DNA from: Actinomycetes bacterium
Lineage (GTDB): Bacteria > Actinomycetota > Actinomycetes > JACCUZ01
DNA length: 55,310 bases
Reading direction: 5' to 3'
Assembly (NCBI GenBank): GCA_036375895.1
Contig: DASVBJ010000128.1
Coordinates: 1 to 55,310 of the forward strand
Shown: positions 27,275 to 37,395 of the stretch, one piece after another
Layout of the letters: the number at the start of each line of letters is the position of its first letter
Position numbering within the stretch: the stretch's first letter is position 1
Notes under the pieces: model-generated
What the model was told of the DNA's origin: nothing
Seen by the model: only the letters and a program-made list of their open reading frames with translations
Databases searched by the model: none
Made by a program: the position numbers and the translations under genes

Positions 27275-27784
27275 TCAGTGGCCGCGGGTGGAGACGAGAA
27301 GGGCGGCGACCGCCGCGACGAGGCCGACGAGGACGAGCCACGCCGACGCGGTGGCCGGCTGCCGGGCCACCAGGCCGACGCAGGCGGCCGCGGCCACGCC
27401 CACCGCGGGCAGTCCCACGCGGCGCGGCAGCGGGGCGGTCGTCAGGGTGTCGCGCCGCACCGTGCGCCGCGGTCCGGGCGCCGTGTCGAGCCCGCTCACG
27501 AAGACGAGGAGCAGCGCCGACGCCGCTGTCAGCCGACCCGGGCCGACCAGGTCGGGCGCCGTGGCCCCGGCCAGCAGCAGCGCTGCGGTGACGAGCAGCG
27601 TGGCCGCCGACCCGAGCCACCGCCAGCCCACCGCGACGGCGGCCGCCGCGACGGTGGCGGCCCCGACGGTGACCGCGGCCACCGCGGGCTGCCCGGGCGT
27701 GAGCACCAGGAGGCAGGCACCGGCGGCCGCGCAGCCGGCCACCGCCCGGGCGGTCGCCGGGTGCCGGGTGACGGCGGCGGTCAC
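27275..27784 (-). CDS. hypothetical Ala/Val-rich polytopic membrane protein (169 aa)
   Basis: GTG start overlaps the DUF58 stop (GTGA). About 5 hydrophobic helices. No recognisable family. Confidence 0.5.
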   Translation of the reverse strand: MTAAVTRHPATARAVAGCAAAGACLLVLTPGQPAVAAVTVGAATVAAAAVAVGWRWLGSAATLLVTAALLLAGATAPDLVGPGRLTAASALLLVFVSGLDTAPGPRRTVRRDTLTTAPLPRRVGLPAVGVAAAACVGLVARQPATASAWLVLVGLVAAVAALLVSTRGH

Positions 27785-29051
27785 GCCCGCACCTCGGGCC
27801 GCAGCGCGCGCATCGCGTGCAGGAGGGCGGCGCCCAGGTCACCGGAGCCGTCCCACTGCAGGAGCGGGACCCCCAGCCCGGCGAGCTCGGCGCGGACCGC
27901 GTCGCGCTCCATCCGCCACACCCGCAGGGCCAGCCGGCCCAGGCCGGAACGGTGCGGCACCTCCGGCTCCTCGGTCAGCACGTCGACCACGAGGATCCCG
28001 AAGCCGCGGGCCCGCAGGTCCCGCACCGCCTCCAGGGCTCGGTCGTCGAGCAGCGGTGAGAGCACGCAGACGAAGGCACCCGACGGCAGCGCGACCGGGG
28101 GCACGCGGTCGATGCCGCCGCCGACCTCGCTGTCGTCGAGGCGCACCTCCATCACCGACTCGCAGATGCGGTAGAGCTGCCGCCCGCCGGTCGCCGGCGT
28201 CAGCCAGCGCAGCGAGCCGCCGAGCGACACGACCCCGACCCGGTCGTGCGCGGCGAGGTAGGTCTGGGTGAGCCCGGTCGCCGCCCGGACCGTGAGGTCG
28301 AGGGTGGACCGGCCGGGCGGACCGGCGTCGACGCCGACGTCGAGCACGGTGACGAGGTCGAAGCCGCGCTCCGCGGCGTACTGCCGTACGAACAGCCGTT
28401 GCTGGCGCGCCGAGGTGCGCCAGTCGATGTCACGGCGTCGGTCGCCCGGGGCGTAGGGCCGTACCCCGCCGAACTCCACGCCGGAGCCGACCGCACGGCT
28501 GGCGTGCTCGCCGAGCCGGGCCGGGAGCTCGCGGGGGGCCACCGGCCGGGCCAGGGCACCGCCGGCCGGGTAGACCACGAGCTCGCCGACGGGCACGTCG
28601 ACCGTCGCGGCGTAGAGGCCGTGCCCGGCGACGACGCGCAGCCGCAGCGGCCCGACGACGTAGCGGCCCCAGCGGCTCGGCACGACGGTCCAGTGGGCCG
28701 TGGTCGTCGGGCCCACGGTCGACGAGCGGGCGCCCGTCGCCGTGGTGTGCGTGGGTAGCGACAGTGCCGCCTCGACCCGGTCGGCGCCGGCGACGGTGAC
28801 CTCGACCACCAGCTCCAGCTCGTCGTCCTCGACGCAGCGGTACTGGTCGAGACGGCAGGCGACGCTCGCCGCCCCGGGCAGTGCGGTCCGCGGGGACGCC
28901 GCGAGCAGCACCAGTGGCGCGGCGGCGACGACGGCCAGGCCACCGCGGGCGGTGACGACGGCCGCCCCGACCGCCAGCGCCGCGACGAGCGCGAGCCGCC
29001 ACAGCCGGGGTGTCGGCACGAACTCCAGGGGCTGCCATGGCGCCGCCTGCC

Positions 29052-29055
<4 letters not shown>
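27781..29055 (-). CDS. DUF58 domain protein (copy 2)
   Basis: DUF58 signature GVRPYAPGDRRRDIDWRTSAR and an N-terminal TM pair. ATG overlaps the MoxR stop (ATGA). Confidence 0.85.
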
Positions 29056-29998
<943 letters not shown>

Positions 29999-30002
<4 letters not shown>

Positions 30003-30526
30003 AGGCTCTCCAGTCGGTCGACGATCCGGGCGAGGGTCCGGGAGTCCAGGCCGGGCGGGTGGCTGGCCGCGTCCGCCGGACGGCCCGGGTCCAGCCAGTG
30101 CCACAGGTCGGACCCGACGACCGCCTCCGCGGCAGCGGGCGAGCGGACCGGGTCGAGGCCGTGGCGCTCCGCGAGACGCGTGACCAGGAGGCGCTGCAGC
30201 ACCGGCCGGGTCACGACGTCGTAGTGGCGCGGCGAGACCGTCGCCCAGGAGAGTGCCTCCGCGATCCGGCGGTAGCTGCGGTACGGCGCGTTCTCCTGCG
30301 GGACCGGCCGGCGGCGACGGGCCCGGCGCGAGGGGGCGACCGGTACGGCGAGCAGGCCGGCCAGCAGCGCCCCGACGGCCACGACGCTGAGCGCGACGAC
30401 GAGGCCGCCCAGCCCGGCCAGGGCACAGGCGAGCACCACGCCGCACCCGACCACGGCCAGCAGGGCACGGACCCCCTGCCGAGCCCGTCGGACCGACCGC
30501 TCCTCGGCGGTCTCGCGCTCAGGCAT
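29999..30526 (-). CDS. hypothetical membrane protein (175 aa) of the MoxR operon
   Basis: ATG at 30526 overlaps the DUF4129 gene end by 8 nt. Two TM helices are followed by a soluble C-terminal domain. No family recognised. Confidence 0.55.
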
Positions 30527-31430
30527 GTCGCACCGCGAGTTCGGCGGACACCCGGGCGAGCGCCCGCTCGGCCTCGCTGCGGGCGGTCTCGGGCAGCGGG
30601 TGCCGGCTGAAGCGCGCCTCGCGGAAGAGGTCGGTGAGGTCGAGCGCTGCGCCACGGGAGACGAGGCCGGCGGCCACGGCGCGGTCGAGGAGCTCGGTCG
30701 GGGTGTCCGAGTCGCGGCGGCGGGTGCCGCCGCGCGCCAGGCTGCGCTCCATGGCGGTGTAGGCGGCCACGATCGCGGCGCGGGTGTCGTCCGTCGCGTC
30801 GAGCGCCTCGCCGGCCGCCGTGAGCGCCTCGGCCAGCGCAGCGCCGTCGGGGGCCGCGGGCTCGGCCGGCTCGAGGTCCTCCGCGGCGACCGGCCGGGCG
30901 GCCCGGTGGGCGGCGAGCAGCAGCAGGGCGGCGACCGCGACCGCCCCGAGCAGCCCGAGCAGCAGGGGCAGCGACGACCCCGGCACGCCGCCGGCGCCGC
31001 CGTCCGGGCTGGGGTCGTCGACCACGCCGGGCGGGTCGTCCCGCCGGCTCAGCACGGCGTACGCGGCGAGCCAGACCAGCCCGATCCCCACGGCCAGGGC
31101 CAGCCCGGCGAGCAGCCAGCCCGGCCAGGGCATGGATCGCGGCTCGACCGGCTGCTCCTCCTCCGGGGGAGGCGCCGGCACGCGGCGCAGCATCTTCAGG
31201 ACGTGGCGGACCGCCAGCACCAGCACCAGCCCGCCGACGGCACCGAGCAGCAGCTGGGCGACCGCCACGTCCGGCGTCTCGCTGATGCGGTCCCAGTCCA
31301 GCCCGCGGCGGCTCGACACGCCGACGGCCGCCGTCGCGAGCAGCGCCACGACGAGCAGGGTGCGGGCGGCCGTCTCCGTGCGCGACGGCCGTCGTGGCGT
31401 GCGCCGCTCGGTGCCCACGCCGCCATCCAA
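30519..31430 (-). CDS. DUF4129 domain membrane protein
   Basis: TM helices plus the C-terminal DUF4129-like pattern AAIVAAYTAMERSLA...TPTELLDRAV...LTDLFREARFSRHPL. The start is uncertain (TTG 31430 or GTG 31418). Confidence 0.7.
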   Translation of the reverse strand: MDGGVGTERRTPRRPSRTETAARTLLVVALLATAAVGVSSRRGLDWDRISETPDVAVAQLLLGAVGGLVLVLAVRHVLKMLRRVPAPPPEEEQPVEPRSMPWPGWLLAGLALAVGIGLVWLAAYAVLSRRDDPPGVVDDPSPDGGAGGVPGSSLPLLLGLLGAVAVAALLLLAAHRAARPVAAEDLEPAEPAAPDGAALAEALTAAGEALDATDDTRAAIVAAYTAMERSLARGGTRRRDSDTPTELLDRAVAAGLVSRGAALDLTDLFREARFSRHPLPETARSEAERALARVSAELAVRHA

Positions 31431-31541
31431 CCAGCGGGCTGAAGGGGCCGCAGGCCCCCGGCGCGAGCCGTTGCGAGGTCGTGATCCCTACCCCCGGTCC
31501 GGGCCGGTGGAGAACGGGGCTCAAGAAGGCGGCGGGAAGTG

Positions 31542-31557
31542 TCGAACTTTGGTTGAC
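31542..31557 (+). promoter_or_regulatory. imperfect LexA-box-like sequence overlapping the mraZ -35
   Basis: TCGAAC-TTTG-GTTGAC against TCGAAC-N4-GTTCGA gives 9/12 matches overall. The GAAC-N4-GTTC core matches 7/8. Confidence 0.25.
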
Positions 31558-31580
31558 GGTGGAGTGGAGTGGAGTAAAGT
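31553..31580 (+). promoter_or_regulatory. candidate sigma-A-type dcw/mraZ promoter
   Basis: TTGACG - 16 nt - TAAAGT (-10 fits TAnnnT). It lies about 60 nt upstream of the mraZ ATG. Confidence 0.5.
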
Positions 31581-31592
31581 GGCGATCAGTGG
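31558..31592 (+). promoter_or_regulatory. candidate MraZ operator: four (A/G)GTGG direct repeats phased at 10 bp
   Basis: GGTGG at 31558 and AGTGG at 31568, 31578 and 31588, plus an extra AGTGG at 31563. MraZ in other bacteria binds phased GTGG/TGGG direct repeats at its own promoter. Confidence 0.55.
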
Positions 31593-31640
31593 GGAGGACG
31601 GCATTCATTGCCGTTGGGAGGTGGGGGTGAGGTGGGAGCG

Positions 31641-32081
31641 ATGCCAGCGCTGTTTCTGGGCACGCACCAGCCCCGGCTGGACGACAAGGGTCGTCTCTTC
31701 CTCCCTGCCAAGTTCCGGGACGACCTGGCGGAGGGGCTCGTGATCACCCGCGGCCAGGAGCGCTGCCTGTACGTCTTCCCGGTGGCGGAGTTCACCCGGC
31801 TGTACGAGCAGATGCGTCAGGCCCCCGTCACCAGCAAGGCGGCCCGCGACTACCAGCGTGTCTTTCTGTCCGGTGCCTCCAGCGAGACCCCGGACAAGCA
31901 GGGACGGGTCACCGTGCCGCCGCCGCTGCGGGAGTACGCCGGGCTGACCCGCGACTGCGTCGTCATCGGCGCCGGCTCCCGCCTCGAGCTCTGGGACGCG
32001 CAGGCCTGGGACGCCTACCTGGCCGACCGCGAGAGCGCGTTCTCCGACCTGTCGGAGGAGGTGCTGCCCGGACTGATCTGA
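31641..32081 (+). CDS. mraZ: transcriptional regulator MraZ
   Basis: [22 protein letters not shown] and a second DxxGR motif, [17 protein letters not shown] at 31641 is preceded by GGTGGGAG. Confidence 0.92.
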   Translation: MPALFLGTHQPRLDDKGRLFLPAKFRDDLAEGLVITRGQERCLYVFPVAEFTRLYEQMRQAPVTSKAARDYQRVFLSGASSETPDKQGRVTVPPPLREYAGLTRDCVVIGAGSRLELWDAQAWDAYLADRESAFSDLSEEVLPGLI

Positions 32082-32297
32082 CCCCCGCAGCCCGGGGACC
32101 TGCCGTACGGCGAGGTCTCCACCCGCTCCTCGCGGGTTCTGACGCACCTTCCCCGGCGCCAGAGCCCCGAGCCCAGCGGTTGGAGACCTGGCCGCCCGGC
32201 CGACCCGGGCCCGAGACCGAGAGCGAGATGCACGACGCCGGGACCGCGAGAACCGGCGTGAACCACGAGCACAGCAAGAGCCACCAGAAGGGTCGAG

Positions 32298-32441
32298 ATG
32301 GACATGCCTGCCCGCACCGACGAGCGCAGCACGCTCGCGGCCGAGACGCGCCACAGCGCCCTGCTGCTGGGAGCGTCCCTGGGCTCGATGGGCCTGTTCG
32401 CGACCACGTTGCTCGTGCTCACGAGCTGGCTGGCTCACTGA
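32298..32441 (+). CDS. candidate 47-aa single-TM small protein in the mraZ-rsmH spacer
   Basis: ATG is preceded by GAAGGG at 5 nt. [47 protein letters not shown]. Third codon positions are almost all G/C. TGA lies 1 nt before the rsmH ATG. It is below the ORF-track length cutoff. Confidence 0.35.
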   Translation: MDMPARTDERSTLAAETRHSALLLGASLGSMGLFATTLLVLTSWLAH

Positions 32442-32442
32442 C

Positions 32443-33399
32443 ATGTCGCCGGAGACCCGTCACGTCCCCGTCCTGCTGGAACGCTGCGTCGAGCTGCTGT
32501 CGCCCGCGCTCGAGGTGCCCGGCGCCGTCGTCGTCGACGCGACCCTGGGTCTCGGCGGCCACAGCGAGGCGTTGCTGCGGCGCTTCGAGACGGTTCGGCT
32601 CGTCGGGCTCGACCGCGACACCGAGGCGCTCGCGCTCGCGACCACCCGGCTGGCGCCCTTCGCCGAGCGGGTCGAGCTCGTCCACGCCGTCTACGACGAG
32701 CTGCCGCGCGTCCTCGCCGACCTCGGGCTCGACCGGGTGCAGGGCGTGCTGTTCGACCTCGGGGTGTCGTCGCTGCAGCTGGACGCCCGCGAACGCGGCT
32801 TCGCCTACGCGCAGGACGCGCCGCTGGACATGCGCATGGACCAGACCCGCGGGGTGACGGCGGCGGAGGTCGTCAACACCTACAGCGCCGCCGACCTGGC
32901 CCGGGTGCTGCGGGAGTACGGCGAGGAGCGGTTCGCCCGGCGGATCGCCGACGCGATCGTCCGCGAGCGGGCGCGGGAGCCGTTCACCGGCACCGCCCGG
33001 CTCGCCGAGCTGGTGCGCGCGTCGATCCCGGCCGCGACCCGGCGCACCGGGGGTCACCCCGCCAAGCGGACCTTCCAGGCGCTGCGCATCGAGGTCAACG
33101 GCGAGCTCGCCGCGTTGGAGCGCGCGCTGCCCGCTGCCGTGGCCGCGCTCGCCGTCGGGGGTCGGATCGCGGTGCTGTCCTACCACTCGCTCGAGGACCG
33201 GCTGGTCAAGCGGGTGCTGGTCGCCGGCGCCACCAGCACGGCGCCGCGCGACCTGCCGGTCGTGCCGCCCGAGCACGAGCCGCGGCTGCGGCTGCTCACC
33301 CGCGGGGCGGAGGAGCCGTCGGCCGAAGAGGTGGCCGCGAACCCGCGGGCGGCCTCGGCCCGGCTGCGCGCAGCCGAGCGTGTGAGGGAGGCCGCATGA
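32443..33399 (+). CDS. rsmH: 16S rRNA (cytosine1402-N4)-methyltransferase RsmH
   Basis: [27 protein letters not shown] and SYHSLEDR. Confidence 0.95.
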   Translation: MSPETRHVPVLLERCVELLSPALEVPGAVVVDATLGLGGHSEALLRRFETVRLVGLDRDTEALALATTRLAPFAERVELVHAVYDELPRVLADLGLDRVQGVLFDLGVSSLQLDARERGFAYAQDAPLDMRMDQTRGVTAAEVVNTYSAADLARVLREYGEERFARRIADAIVRERAREPFTGTARLAELVRASIPAATRRTGGHPAKRTFQALRIEVNGELAALERALPAAVAALAVGGRIAVLSYHSLEDRLVKRVLVAGATSTAPRDLPVVPPEHEPRLRLLTRGAEEPSAEEVAANPRAASARLRAAERVREAA

Positions 33400-33950
33400 G
33401 CGCCCAGTCCGTCGCGACCGCCGTGACGGCCGCCCCGGCCGCGCCGGTTCGGGCCCCGCGGGCGTCCCGCCCGCCCCGGCCGCGTCTGACCGTCGTCCCG
33501 CCGCTGCACGCGCGCGCGCCCAAGGCGCCGTTCGTGATCCTCGTGGCCGCCCTGCTCACGGCGGGTCTCGGCGGCCTGCTCTTCCTGCACACGGCACTGG
33601 CGGAGGACTCGTTCCGCCTGCACGACCTCAAGGTGCGCTCGACCGACCTGTCCGACCGCGAGCAGGCCCTCGAGCAGGCGGTGGCGGTGGCCGCCTCGCC
33701 GCAGCGGCTGGCCGCGCGGGCGACGGCGCTCGGCATGGTCCGCAGCGAGAACCCTGCCTTCATCCGCACCTCCGACGGGCGCATCCTCGGCGTCCCGAAG
33801 GCCGCGGAGCTGCCCCCGGCGGCACCGAAGCCCGTGCTCCCGGCGGCAGCGAAGCCGGTGAAGTCGCCGACCGGCACGCCCGGCAAGGCCCGGGCCACCG
33901 TCGCAGGGAACAAGGGCGTCCACGCCGGTCCACCGGGGACGGCCCGGTGA
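33396..33950 (+). CDS. ftsL: FtsL-like cell division protein (single TM plus coiled coil)
   Basis: Assigned by position between rsmH and ftsI. One TM helix ([19 protein letters not shown]) is followed by a short coiled-coil region and a Pro/Ala-rich tail. ATGA overlap with rsmH. Confidence 0.7.
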   Translation: MSAQSVATAVTAAPAAPVRAPRASRPPRPRLTVVPPLHARAPKAPFVILVAALLTAGLGGLLFLHTALAEDSFRLHDLKVRSTDLSDREQALEQAVAVAASPQRLAARATALGMVRSENPAFIRTSDGRILGVPKAAELPPAAPKPVLPAAAKPVKSPTGTPGKARATVAGNKGVHAGPPGTAR

Positions 33951-35842
33951 CGGCGCGCCGTCCCCCCGAGCGCACCCCGCGCCCGGCGGCGGCACGGCGT
34001 CAGGGGGAGCAGCGAGGGCGGGGGGACCGCCGGCCCGCGCCGCCACGGCGCGCCGCGCCGCAACGGCGCGCGGCACCGCCACGTCGCCCACCGCGGCGGC
34101 CGGCCCAGATGCGCCTCGCCGACAGCCGGCGCCGGCTGCGCTCGGCCGTGCTGGTGCTCGCGATCGTGCTCTCGCTGTTCGGCGGTCGGCTGGTGCAGCT
34201 GCAGGGCCTGGACGCCACGGCGTACGCGCACGAGGCGGAGAAGGGCCGGCTGCGCACGGTCGTGCTGCCGGCGGCCCGCGGCGCCATCACCGACCGGCAC
34301 GGCGTCGCGCTGGCGACGACGGTTGCGGCCGTCAACATCACCGCCGACCAGACGCTGGTCGAGGACCCGAAGGCGACGGCCGAGGCGCTGGCGCCGGTGC
34401 TGAGGCTGCCCGCCAGCCAGCTCCAGACGACCTTGACCGGCACGAGCCGCTTCGTCTACGTCGCCCGGTCGGTCACCCCGCAGGTCTGGGCCCAGGTGCG
34501 CGACCTCGACCTGCCGGGCACCGACGGGCTCCCCGGCATCTTCGGCGAGCAGACCAGCGAGCGCGTCTACCCGTCGGGGACGACGGGGGCCAACATCGTC
34601 GGGTTCGTCGGAGCCGACGGCAAGGGCCTCGGCGGCCTGGAGTACTCCCTCGACGCGACCCTCGCCGGCAAGGACGGCGAGGTCACCTTCGAGCGCGGCG
34701 CCGGCGGCCGGCGCATCCCCACCGGGGAGACGCTCGAGCACGACGCCGTGCCCGGCCAGGACGTGCGGCTCACCATCGACCGGGACATCCAGTGGGTCGC
34801 GCAGGACGCGATCGCCAAGAAGGTCAAGGAGACCGGCGCCGAGAGCGGCACCGTCATCGTGATGGACCCGCAGACCGGCGACCTGCTCGCGATGGCGACC
34901 GCGCCGACCTTCGACCCCAACAGGCCGGGAGCGGCGCCGGCCGCGGCCCGCGGCAACCGGGCGCTCACCGAGCCCTACGAGCCCGGCAGCACCGGCAAGG
35001 TGATGACCGCCGCCGCCGTCCTCGAGGAGGGCGCCGCCACGCCCGCGACGACGGTGACGGTGCCCAACCGGCTCGAGCGCGCCGGCAAGACCTTCAAGGA
35101 CTTCCGGGACCACCCCACCCAGCACCTCACGTACGCCGGGACCATCGCGAAGTCCAGCAACATCGGCACGATCCTGGTGGCCGAGCGGATGGGCCTCACC
35201 AAGCTCTACCCCTACTTCGACAAGTTCGGCGTCGGGCACCCGACCGGCCTGGGCTTCCCGGGCGAGGCGACGGGCCAGCTGCCCAAGCCGTCGACCTGGT
35301 CGAAGACCACCGGCTACACGATGGCCTTCGGCCAGGGCTACTCGGTCAACACGGTGCAGATGGCCTCCGTGTTCGCGACCATCGCGAACGACGGGGTGCG
35401 GATGCCGCCTCGGCTGGTCGACGGCCTCGGCGACGGCGACGGCGGCATGCGCACGGTCCAGCGGCCGGCCGGCACCCGGGTGGTCAGCGCGAAGACCGCC
35501 GGCACGGTGCGGCTGATGATGGAGACCGTCCTCGGCGAGGGGGGCACGGCCCCGCTGGCACGGGTGCCGGGCTACCGGGTCGCGGGCAAGACCGGCACCG
35601 CGCAGCGGTTCAACCCGTCCTGCGGCTGCTACCGCGGCTACACCATGTCGTTCATCGGGCTGGCCCCGGTGGACAAGCCCCGGCTGGTCGTCGCGGTCAC
35701 CCTCCAGGCGCCCAAGTCGGGCATCGGCGGCGGCAGCACGGCGGGCCCCGTCTTCCGCGACGTCATGTCCTTCGCCCTGCAGTCGCGACGCGTCCCCCCG
35801 ACCGGCACGAAGCCGCCCGGGCTGCGGCTCGAGCGGCCCTGA
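33947..35842 (+). CDS. ftsI: peptidoglycan D,D-transpeptidase FtsI (class B PBP)
   Basis: STGKVMT (SxxK), KSSN (SxN), KTGTA (KTG) and an N-terminal TM anchor. GTGA overlap with ftsL. Confidence 0.92.
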   Translation: MTARRPPERTPRPAAARRQGEQRGRGDRRPAPPRRAAPQRRAAPPRRPPRRPAQMRLADSRRRLRSAVLVLAIVLSLFGGRLVQLQGLDATAYAHEAEKGRLRTVVLPAARGAITDRHGVALATTVAAVNITADQTLVEDPKATAEALAPVLRLPASQLQTTLTGTSRFVYVARSVTPQVWAQVRDLDLPGTDGLPGIFGEQTSERVYPSGTTGANIVGFVGADGKGLGGLEYSLDATLAGKDGEVTFERGAGGRRIPTGETLEHDAVPGQDVRLTIDRDIQWVAQDAIAKKVKETGAESGTVIVMDPQTGDLLAMATAPTFDPNRPGAAPAAARGNRALTEPYEPGSTGKVMTAAAVLEEGAATPATTVTVPNRLERAGKTFKDFRDHPTQHLTYAGTIAKSSNIGTILVAERMGLTKLYPYFDKFGVGHPTGLGFPGEATGQLPKPSTWSKTTGYTMAFGQGYSVNTVQMASVFATIANDGVRMPPRLVDGLGDGDGGMRTVQRPAGTRVVSAKTAGTVRLMMETVLGEGGTAPLARVPGYRVAGKTGTAQRFNPSCGCYRGYTMSFIGLAPVDKPRLVVAVTLQAPKSGIGGGSTAGPVFRDVMSFALQSRRVPPTGTKPPGLRLERP

Positions 35843-35859
35843 CCGGTAACCTCCCTGCC

Positions 35860-37395
35860 GTGCCCAACCCGTCCGGTCGACCCGTGCTGCGACCCCGGGG
35901 AGTCCCTCCGCGATCCCTCGCCGAGGTCGCCGGGCGGCTCGGGGTCGCGCTGCCCGAGGGTGCCGACGGGTCCGCGGTGGTCACCGGCGTCACGCACGAC
36001 TCGCGTGCCGTGCAGCCGGGCGACCTCTACGCGGCGCTGCCCGGCTCCCGGGCGCACGGAGCCGAGTTCGCCGAGGCGGTCCGGGCCGCCGGCGCCGTCG
36101 CGGCGCTCACCGACGCCGCGGGGGAGCAGCGGCTGCGGGCGGCCGGGCTCCCGGCGTACGTCGTGGCGAGCCCCCGCGCGGTCCTCGGGGAGCTGGCGGC
36201 GTGGCTCTACGGCGAGCCGGCCCGGCGGCTGACCCTCGTCGGGGTGACCGGCACCAACGGCAAGACCACCTCGACCTACCTGCTGGAGGCGGGGCTGCGG
36301 GCCGCCGGACGCTCCACCGGGCTGATCGGGACGATCGAGACCCGGATCGGCGACGAGGTCGTGCCGAGCGCGCGGACCACCCCGGAGTCGACCGACCTGC
36401 AGGCGCTGTTCGCGGTGATGGCCGAGCGGGGCGTCGACGCGGTCGCCATGGAGGTGTCCAGCCACGCGCTGGCGATGGGACGGGTCGACGGCACGACGTA
36501 CGACGTGGCGGTCTTCACCAACCTCACCGAGGACCACCTCGACTTCCACGCCGACCTCGACGACTACTTCGCCGCGAAGGCCCGGCTGTTCACGCCCGAG
36601 CGCGCCCGGGTCGGCGTCGTGAACGTCGACGACCCGTACGGCGAGCGGCTGGCCGCGCAGGCGACCGTCCCCGTGGTCACGGTGTCGCCGTCCGGGCGGG
36701 CGGACGCGGACTGGCGGGTCGCGAAGGTCGAGCTGGCCGGCGACGGCAGCACGTTCCGGCTGGACGGCCCGGGCGGTGTCGCCGTCGACGGCGGCACCCG
36801 GCTGCCGGGCGCCTTCAACGTCGAGAACGCGGCGCTGTCGGTGGTGGCGCTGGCGCAGGCCGGCCTCGACCCGGCGGTCGCGGCGGCCGGGGTGGCCTCC
36901 TGCCCCGGGGTGCCCGGCCGGATGGAGCGGGTCGCCGCCGGGCAGGACTTCCTCGCCGTCGTCGACTACGCCCACAGCCCGGACGCGCTGGAGCGGCTGC
37001 TGGCGACCGCGCGCGAGCTGGCCCGCGGGCGGGTGATCGCCGTGGTCGGCTGCGGCGGCGACCGCGACCCGCACAAGCGCCCGGTGATGGGCGAGATCGT
37101 GGCCCGCGCCGCGGACGTCGCGATCCTCACGAACGACAACCCGCGGTCCGAGGACCCGCTCGCCATCCTCGCCGCGATGAAGGACGGTGCGGTGCGGGCC
37201 GAGCCCCGTGGCCGGGTCGAGGTCGTGCCCGACCGGCGCGCGGCGATCGAGAAGGCGGTCGGGCTGGCCGAGTCGGGCGACGTCGTGGTCGTCGCGGGCA
37301 AGGGGCACGAGCAGGGCCAGGAGGTGGCCGGGGTCGTCCATCCGTTCGACGACCGGGCCGTCCTGCGCGAGGCGGTGGCGGCGGTGGTCCGATGA
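35860..37395 (+). CDS. murE: UDP-N-acetylmuramoyl-L-alanyl-D-glutamate--2,6-diaminopimelate ligase MurE
   Basis: [16 protein letters not shown]-loop and a DNPRSEDP motif (DNPR marks DAP-adding MurE). GTG start at 35860. Confidence 0.92.
   Translation: MPNPSGRPVLRPRGVPPRSLAEVAGRLGVALPEGADGSAVVTGVTHDSRAVQPGDLYAALPGSRAHGAEFAEAVRAAGAVAALTDAAGEQRLRAAGLPAYVVASPRAVLGELAAWLYGEPARRLTLVGVTGTNGKTTSTYLLEAGLRAAGRSTGLIGTIETRIGDEVVPSARTTPESTDLQALFAVMAERGVDAVAMEVSSHALAMGRVDGTTYDVAVFTNLTEDHLDFHADLDDYFAAKARLFTPERARVGVVNVDDPYGERLAAQATVPVVTVSPSGRADADWRVAKVELAGDGSTFRLDGPGGVAVDGGTRLPGAFNVENAALSVVALAQAGLDPAVAAAGVASCPGVPGRMERVAAGQDFLAVVDYAHSPDALERLLATARELARGRVIAVVGCGGDRDPHKRPVMGEIVARAADVAILTNDNPRSEDPLAILAAMKDGAVRAEPRGRVEVVPDRRAAIEKAVGLAESGDVVVVAGKGHEQGQEVAGVVHPFDDRAVLREAVAAVVR

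Noticed and set aside
32180-32857. 225-aa plus-strand ORF and the 135-aa minus-strand ORF (32015..32422) in the mraZ-rsmH region
   Set aside because: The first runs out of frame into rsmH, and the second overlaps the mraZ 3' end. Both have Arg/Ser/Pro-rich shadow-like composition and no RBS.
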